Part shown: in pieces, positions 21,326-27,580 of the stretch
How positions within the stretch are numbered: the first letter of the stretch is position 1
How the letters are laid out: each line of letters opens with the position of its first letter
From: an uncultured Candidatus Saccharibacteria bacterium
GTDB taxonomy: Bacteria; Patescibacteriota; Minisyncoccia; Phycocordibacterales; UBA9973
NCBI GenBank assembly: GCA_964363165.1
Contig: CAYIHB010000001.1
Span: 1 to 27,580 of the forward strand
Direction: 5' to 3'
DNA length: 27,580 nucleotides
Notes under the pieces: generated by a model
The model's input: only the letters and a program-made list of their open reading frames with translations
Databases searched by the model: none
What the model was told of the DNA's origin: nothing
Translations under genes and position numbers: made by a program

Positions 21326-24300
21326 ATGCTAACAGAAAAGCGTCCGAAGAAATATTTTTCCAAGTACAAGGATCCTCTGATAAAATTTCCGAATCTGATA
21401 GAAGCTCAGACCAAATCTTTCAAGTGGTTGGTGGAAGAAGGGGTCAAGGAAGTCTTTAAAGAATTTTCTCCGATTATCGATTATTCCGGAAAAAAATTCG
21501 AGCTTGAGTTCTCGTCCTTTTCACTGAGCGAACCGAATTGCGAAGAAAATGATGCGAAAATAAATAAACTTTCGTATCAAGGCCTCCTAAAGACCCGGGT
21601 AAAACTGACCAATAGAATTTTGGGTACTGTTAAAGAGCAGGAGATTTTCATGTCGGAGTTTCCTTTGATGACTCCGCACGGAACCTTTATTATAAATGGT
21701 GTGGAACGCACTATCGTGCCACAACTTGCCAGGAGTTTCGGGGTCTTTTTTACTGAATCGGAAAACAAAGGAAAAAGATATTTCGGCGCGAAAATTATTC
21801 CGGCTCGCGGAGTTTGGATTGAAATAGAATCGGAATCCGACGGGGCAATTTACGTGAGAATAGATAAGAAAAGAAAATTTCCCGTTACCGCGCTGCTCCG
21901 CGTTATGGGTTATAACACCAATGAATCCATATTAAAAGCATTTGAAAAAGTTCCTGCTTATAAAGAAACTATTGAATCTTGTTTGGCTAAGGATATAGCC
22001 AAGACACTAAATGACGCATATGTTGAGATATACAAACGTTTGAGAGATGGCGATATGGCAACAGCCGAAAATGCCAAGGAATTTATTAATTCTTTATTTA
22101 CCCCGGAGAGGTACGACCTTTCTCCGGTCGGACGGTATAGATTTAATAAGCGTTTTGAAAAAGGATTAAATGAGGAAGAACTCACTCGCCGAACTATCTC
22201 CAAGGAAGATCTGATGACGGTAATCGCAAATATTATCCTTTTAAATAACACCCCCGGTGCCAAATCCGATGACATAGACCACTTGGGTCAGCGACGCGTT
22301 CGACTTGTCGGAGAAATGCTTCAACAAAAAGTACGAACCGGCATGATGCAGATTAAAAGAAATATACAGGACAGAATGTCCATTATTGATGTTAACACCG
22401 CAATGCCGATCCACATAATAAACCAGCGCCCACTGCAAGCCCGCATCAAAGAATTTTTCACTACTAACCAACTCTCGCAATTCATGGCGCAAGAAAATGT
22501 ACTTTGTGAAATGGAACATCTGCGCACTCTTTCGGCTCTTGGTCCCGGAGGACTCACTCGTGAAAGAGCGGGACTGGAAGTTCGAGATGTGCATCCTTCC
22601 CACTATGGGAGAGCTTGCCCCATTCATACTCCGGAAGGCCCGAACATCGGGCTTATCCTTCATCTTTCCACCTACGCCAAGATAAATGATTTTGGAATTA
22701 TTGAAACTCCTTATATAAAAGTAAAAAACGGCAAAATTACCGGGGAGGTACAATATTTGAACGCTCTGGAAGAAGAAAAATATAATATTGCGCATGCCGG
22801 GATTTCTTACGATGAAAATGGAAAAATAACGGAAGAAAAGGTGGCAGCCAGGCTAAAGACCAATCCGGGCATGATTCATCGTGAAGAAGTCGATTTCATA
22901 GATGTTGCCGCCAATCAAGGTTTTTCCATAGCAACTTCCATGATTCCTTTCCTGGAACATAACGATGCCAACCGCGCGCTTATGGGGTCCAACATGCAGA
23001 AACAAGCCGTGCCTTGCGTGCTTCCCGAGGCGCCCTTGGTTGCGACGGGCATTGAAATGCTCGCCTCTCGCGATACCGGAAGAATGGTTATTGCCTTGGA
23101 AGACGGCGTTGTTTCTTATTTGGACGCGAAAAAAATAACAGTAAAAGGAAAATCCGAAAAAACTTACTTTCTTGTCAATTTTTTGAGAAATAATAATTTT
23201 TCCGTATTTCATCAGCGTCCCGCGGTTTCTGTCGGTCAGAAAGTAAAAAAAGGGGAAATCTTGGCTGATACGACAAGCACGGTAGACGGACAAATTTCAA
23301 TTGGGCAGAATGTTTTTATAGCTTTCTTGTCTTGGTCCGGATCGAACTATGAAGATGCGATAATTATTTCCGAGCGGCTTGTGAAAAAGAGCAAGTTTAC
23401 CTCCGTTTACGTTGAAGAGTTCGTTTGTACGGTTCGTGACACCAAGCTTGGACCTGAAATTACCACCCGCGACATACCGAATGTCGGAGAATTAAAACTG
23501 AAAGATTTGGACGAAGACGGCATCGTGCGTATTGGAGCCGAAGTCAGGGAAAATGATATTTTAATCGGCAAAATTACGCCAAAGGGCGAAACCGAACTGA
23601 CCCCGGAAGAAAGGTTGCTTCGTTCGATTTTTGCCGAGAAAGCGCGCGATGTCAAAGACACGTCGCTCCGTATGGAACATGGCAAGCGCGGACGCATTAT
23701 CGGGATTAAAATTTTCTCTCGTGATCTAGGTCATACTCTTGAAGCGGGGATTATTAAAAAGATTGTAATTGAAGTTGCTCAGGTCAGAAATATTTCAGTC
23801 GGAGACAAACTTTCCGGACGACACGGGAATAAAGGGGTCATTTCAAGAATTCTTCCAGAAGAGGACATGCCTTATACGGCGGATGGCACGCCGGTTGATA
23901 TAATACTTTCCCCATTGGGTGTTCCTTCCCGTATGAACCTGGGGCAAATTTTGGAAATGCATCTGGGCATGGCGGCCAATACATTGGGCTATCAAGCTGT
24001 CGTTCCTCCATTTTTAGGCGCAAGTCACGAAGAAATAAGAGAGGAATTAAAAAAGGCCGGATTTCCGGAAAATGGTAAATTAAAACTTTTTGACGGACGA
24101 ACGGGGGAGCCTTTCGACCAGGATGTTGCCGTTGGATACATGTACATCCTGAAACTCCATCACATGGTGGAAGACAAGATTCATATGCGTTCCATCGGAC
24201 CTTACTCGCTTATTACCCAGCAACCTTTGGGGGGAAAGGCTCAAGGTGGAGGACAGAGATTCGGAGAGATGGAAGTCTGGGCCTTGGAAGGATACGGCGC

Positions 24301-24493
24301 GGCCTATACCTTGCGGGAAATGCTGACTATTAAATCCGATGACATTCTGGGTCGATCTGCCACCTTTGATTCTATTATTAAAAATGAAATCATTAAACCG
24401 CCGAATTCTCCGGCATCATTCAATGTTTTGCTTAATTATTTACGGGGACTCGCGCTTGATGTTAACTTGAAAAAATATGAAAACTTTAAATAA
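21326..24493 (+). CDS. rpoB: RNA polymerase beta subunit (compact, 1055 aa)
   Basis: DDIDHLGQRR, QLSQFM, SALGPGGL, RDVHPSHYGRACP, ANRALMGSNMQKQAVP, GDKLSGRHGNKGV, GQRFGEMEVWALE. Confidence 0.98.
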   Translation: MLTEKRPKKYFSKYKDPLIKFPNLIEAQTKSFKWLVEEGVKEVFKEFSPIIDYSGKKFELEFSSFSLSEPNCEENDAKINKLSYQGLLKTRVKLTNRILGTVKEQEIFMSEFPLMTPHGTFIINGVERTIVPQLARSFGVFFTESENKGKRYFGAKIIPARGVWIEIESESDGAIYVRIDKKRKFPVTALLRVMGYNTNESILKAFEKVPAYKETIESCLAKDIAKTLNDAYVEIYKRLRDGDMATAENAKEFINSLFTPERYDLSPVGRYRFNKRFEKGLNEEELTRRTISKEDLMTVIANIILLNNTPGAKSDDIDHLGQRRVRLVGEMLQQKVRTGMMQIKRNIQDRMSIIDVNTAMPIHIINQRPLQARIKEFFTTNQLSQFMAQENVLCEMEHLRTLSALGPGGLTRERAGLEVRDVHPSHYGRACPIHTPEGPNIGLILHLSTYAKINDFGIIETPYIKVKNGKITGEVQYLNALEEEKYNIAHAGISYDENGKITEEKVAARLKTNPGMIHREEVDFIDVAANQGFSIATSMIPFLEHNDANRALMGSNMQKQAVPCVLPEAPLVATGIEMLASRDTGRMVIALEDGVVSYLDAKKITVKGKSEKTYFLVNFLRNNNFSVFHQRPAVSVGQKVKKGEILADTTSTVDGQISIGQNVFIAFLSWSGSNYEDAIIISERLVKKSKFTSVYVEEFVCTVRDTKLGPEITTRDIPNVGELKLKDLDEDGIVRIGAEVRENDILIGKITPKGETELTPEERLLRSIFAEKARDVKDTSLRMEHGKRGRIIGIKIFSRDLGHTLEAGIIKKIVIEVAQVRNISVGDKLSGRHGNKGVISRILPEEDMPYTADGTPVDIILSPLGVPSRMNLGQILEMHLGMAANTLGYQAVVPPFLGASHEEIREELKKAGFPENGKLKLFDGRTGEPFDQDVAVGYMYILKLHHMVEDKIHMRSIGPYSLITQQPLGGKAQGGGQRFGEMEVWALEGYGAAYTLREMLTIKSDDILGRSATFDSIIKNEIIKPPNSPASFNVLLNYLRGLALDVNLKKYENFK

Positions 24494-27400
24494 AACCGAT
24501 TTTGATTATATTTCACTCAAGCTCGCATCACCCGAGCAAATAAAAGACTGGTCCTATGGAGAAGTCACCAAACCTGAGACTATAAATTATCGCACGGGCA
24601 GAAGTGAACGCGGCGGCCTTTTTGATGAAAAAATATTCGGACCGGAGAAAGATTATGAGTGTTATTGCGGGAAATATCGCCGGATTCGTTATAAAGATAT
24701 CATTTGCGAAAAATGCGGAGTGGAAGTGACTCGTTCCATCGTCAGACGGGAAAGAATGGGGCATATAGAACTTTCGACACCCGTCGCCCATATCTGGTTT
24801 TTACGGGGAGTGCCTTCTCGAATGAGCATACTCCTTAATATTTCCGTATCCGATCTTGAGAAAGTGATATATTTTGCCGGATACATAATAACAAAAGTCC
24901 ACGAGGATGAAAAGAAAATGATCGTGGAAAATCTGGAAAAAGAATATAAAACCAAATTGAAAAACGCGGCCGACGATGATACTCGTGAAAAATTAAAAAA
25001 TTTGTTTTCCAGCACCAAAAAAGAGATTTTAGAAATTTACGAGGGAAAAGTTTTGAATGAAATCTCCTTTCATCATTACTCTTTGAAATACGGCACTTGC
25101 TTTGAGGCAAATATCGGCGCTGAGGCCATCTATTTAATCTTTAAAAATCTTGACCTGAATAAATTGAAGATTCATACCGAGAAAATGGCTGAAAAAGCAA
25201 GTACAATCGAAAAAGAAAAATTGCAAAAGAGACTTTCGCTTATTCGCGCCATGACTTATGCCGGAATACGTCCGGAATGGATGTTTTTGACCGTTATTCC
25301 GGTTATTCCTCCGGTTTTACGTCCCATGGTCGCGCTGGATGGCGGTCGTCATGCGACCTCGGATCTGAACGATCTCTATCGCCGAGTGATAAACAGAAAT
25401 AACCGTTTGAAGAAATTAAAGGAAATAAACGCGCCAGACGTAATATTAAGAAATGAAAAAAGAATTATTCAGGAAGCAGTAGACGCGCTTATAGACAATT
25501 CAATCGCCAAACAAAATGACAGTGCCGCAATGAGCCAATCGCAAAAACGTCCCTTAAAATCTTTATCCGATAATTTAAAATCAAAACAGGGCTTGTTTCG
25601 TCAAAACTTGCTTGGTAAGCGAGTGGATTATTCAGGTCGCAGTGTTATTGTGGTCGGTCCGGAACTTAAGCTCAATCAATGCGGATTGCCGAAACATATG
25701 GCTCTGGAGCTTTTCAGACCCTTCGTTATTTCCAGGATTTTACAGGCAGAACTCGCTTTCAACATTCGCGGAGCAAACAAACTTATAGAAGAACGCACGC
25801 CGGAGGTTTGGGCCATGCTGGAAGAGGTCATTCAAGGTAAATATGTTCTGCTGAACCGCGCCCCGACGCTTCACCGTTTGGGTATCCAGGCTTTTAATCC
25901 AATTCTGATTGAAGGAAATGCCATTCAAGTGCATCCGCTTGTTTGTCAGGCTTTTAACGCGGATTTTGACGGAGACCAAATGGCTGTTTATGTCCCTCTT
26001 CTGGAAGAAGCTCAATCCGAAGCGAGAGAATTAATGGCCGCCAATAAAAACTTGCTTAAGCCTCAAAATGGCGATCCGATTGTTCATCCCAGTAAAGATA
26101 TTGTGCTGGGAGCTTATTGGATGACGAAATCCGTTGAGGGTGAACCTGGAGAGGGAAAGTACTTCTCAAGCCCTAATACCGCCATAACCGCTTATGAACA
26201 CGGAATAGTCTCTCTCCGAGCCAAAATAAAAGTTTTGGCGACGGAAAATCGTAAATACAAAAAATTTAATAGAGAGCTTTTCGACACCTCCGTCGGCAAA
26301 CTTCTTTTCAACAGCGTGTTGCCGAACGATTTTTCCTACGTGAACGATGAAATGACCCAGAAAAGACTGTCTTCGCTTGTTGATGAGCTTATCATACATT
26401 ATGGCGTGGATGACACTCCCCCTATTCTGGATAAGATAAAAAGTTTTGGTTTCAAATACTCGACATTTTCCGGTACAACTTGGGGTTTTGACAATATTAA
26501 AGTCCCTCCGGAGAAGGCAAAAATCGTGGCGGAAGGGAAAAAGTTGGAAGAAAAAATAATTTCAGAGTGGAATGATGGGCTTCTTTCCGAGGAAGAAAGG
26601 TATCAAAAAATTATTGAGATCTGGACATATGCCAAAAAGGAATTGGAAAAAGTTCTTCCCAAGACGCTTGATAAAAACGGTTCAACATTCGATCTGTTTA
26701 CTTCCGGAGCCAGGGGCACCATGACTTCCTTAATTCAGATGATTGGCATGAAAGGTCTCATCCAGAACAACCAGGGGAGGACTTTGGAGTTTCCGATCAT
26801 ACCTTCTTATCACGAAGGACTTTCCCCGATAGAATATTTCGTTACCACCCACGGGGCCAGAAAGGGTGCTTCGGACACGGCCTTGAATACCGCCAAAGCC
26901 GGATATTTAACCCGCAGATTGGTTGATGTCGCGCAGGATGTGGTTATAACCGAAGAAGATTGCGGTACGAAAGAGGGTAAAATAGTAAGAAGAGAAAATA
27001 TTTCCGGAATTGAAATTCCTCTTTCAAAAAATATTCGCGGACGCATATTGGCAAGTGATTTGAAAGATAAAAATGGAAAGGTGGTTTATAAAAAAGGGTT
27101 CTTAATTACCAAAGAGGAAGCGCATAATATTGAAGGAATAGGTTTTGAGGAAGTATTTGTCCGGTCTCCCTTAACGTGTCGCACTATTCATGGCCTTTGT
27201 CAGATGTGTTATGGATTAGATTTGGGACGAAACCGTCTTGTTGGTTTGGGGGAAGCGGTCGGTATTATCGCAGCTCAAGCGATAGGAGAACCGGGTACTC
27301 AACTTACACTGCGTACCTTTCACGCCGGAGGTGTTGCCGGCACGGACATAACCACCGGTTTACCGCGTATTGAAGAAATTTTTGAAAGAAGAATTCCTAA

Positions 27401-27580
27401 AAACCCTGCGATAATTTCGGAAATTGACGGGGAAGTATATGAAATAAAAGATAAAGACGGAAAATCCATCCCCTCCGGTCAAGGCGGGGAAAAAATAATT
27501 AAGGTGCTTTCCGATTCGTCCAATGGCAAAATAGGCGTCAAAGGCAGTAAATCCAACGAAGTAGAATATACAATACCGTT
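24477..27580 (+). CDS. rpoC: RNA polymerase beta' subunit (partial, runs off the window end)
   Basis: ATG 24477 overlaps the rpoB end. SYGEVTKPETINYRT, FRQNLLGKRVDYSGR, NADFDGDQM (25956) and QLTLRTFH...GLPRIEE (27300) are all in the same frame. Confidence 0.97.
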   Translation, partial: MKTLNKTDFDYISLKLASPEQIKDWSYGEVTKPETINYRTGRSERGGLFDEKIFGPEKDYECYCGKYRRIRYKDIICEKCGVEVTRSIVRRERMGHIELSTPVAHIWFLRGVPSRMSILLNISVSDLEKVIYFAGYIITKVHEDEKKMIVENLEKEYKTKLKNAADDDTREKLKNLFSSTKKEILEIYEGKVLNEISFHHYSLKYGTCFEANIGAEAIYLIFKNLDLNKLKIHTEKMAEKASTIEKEKLQKRLSLIRAMTYAGIRPEWMFLTVIPVIPPVLRPMVALDGGRHATSDLNDLYRRVINRNNRLKKLKEINAPDVILRNEKRIIQEAVDALIDNSIAKQNDSAAMSQSQKRPLKSLSDNLKSKQGLFRQNLLGKRVDYSGRSVIVVGPELKLNQCGLPKHMALELFRPFVISRILQAELAFNIRGANKLIEERTPEVWAMLEEVIQGKYVLLNRAPTLHRLGIQAFNPILIEGNAIQVHPLVCQAFNADFDGDQMAVYVPLLEEAQSEARELMAANKNLLKPQNGDPIVHPSKDIVLGAYWMTKSVEGEPGEGKYFSSPNTAITAYEHGIVSLRAKIKVLATENRKYKKFNRELFDTSVGKLLFNSVLPNDFSYVNDEMTQKRLSSLVDELIIHYGVDDTPPILDKIKSFGFKYSTFSGTTWGFDNIKVPPEKAKIVAEGKKLEEKIISEWNDGLLSEEERYQKIIEIWTYAKKELEKVLPKTLDKNGSTFDLFTSGARGTMTSLIQMIGMKGLIQNNQGRTLEFPIIPSYHEGLSPIEYFVTTHGARKGASDTALNTAKAGYLTRRLVDVAQDVVITEEDCGTKEGKIVRRENISGIEIPLSKNIRGRILASDLKDKNGKVVYKKGFLITKEEAHNIEGIGFEEVFVRSPLTCRTIHGLCQMCYGLDLGRNRLVGLGEAVGIIAAQAIGEPGTQLTLRTFHAGGVAGTDITTGLPRIEEIFERRIPKNPAIISEIDGEVYEIKDKDGKSIPSGQGGEKIIKVLSDSSNGKIGVKGSKSNEVEYTIP

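Noticed and set aside
391-27373. Many short antisense or alternate-frame ORFs in the track (e.g. 518-922, 6310-6795, 13423-14013, 22241-22795)
   Set aside because: They are shadow ORFs overlapping well-supported genes, with no recognisable motifs or start signals.
24477-27580. Frameshift, intron or intein in rpoC, suggested by its absence from the ORF track
   Set aside because: The start, NADFDGD and trigger-loop motifs are all in one frame. It is probably missing only because there is no stop codon within the window.

Overview
A mostly housekeeping bacterial chromosome segment read in genetic code 11. Streamlined core proteins, a NusB-Nudix fusion, a short SMC, the RAYT style and the lack of Shine-Dalgarno motifs suggest Patescibacteria/Parcubacteria (CPR); this taxonomy is inference. 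Gene order: tRNA-Ser(GGA), PEBP/YbhB, pcm, DoxX, internally deleted cupin, PD-(D/E)XK nuclease, an uncalled 33-aa membrane protein (minus strand), pheS, pheT, gyrB, HTH + Doc toxin-antitoxin pair, cytidine-deaminase-like gene, thrS, rpmF, nusB-Nudix, rnc, short smc, DD-carboxypeptidase-CapA fusion, rnr, rpsP, khpA, trmD, RAYT, rpoB and rpoC (runs off the window). The most interesting system is a REP-associated tyrosine transposase (RAYT) bracketed by 17-bp inverted repeats and lying between two diverged copies of the trmD 3' end. A close relative of its terminal palindrome also sits in frame inside pheT. Other highlights are a window-wide signature of leaderless transcription, an SMC with no hinge, a minimal PheRS, a structured rpoB leader and substitutions at rifamycin-binding positions of RpoB. 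All calls come from manual motif reading; no searches were run.
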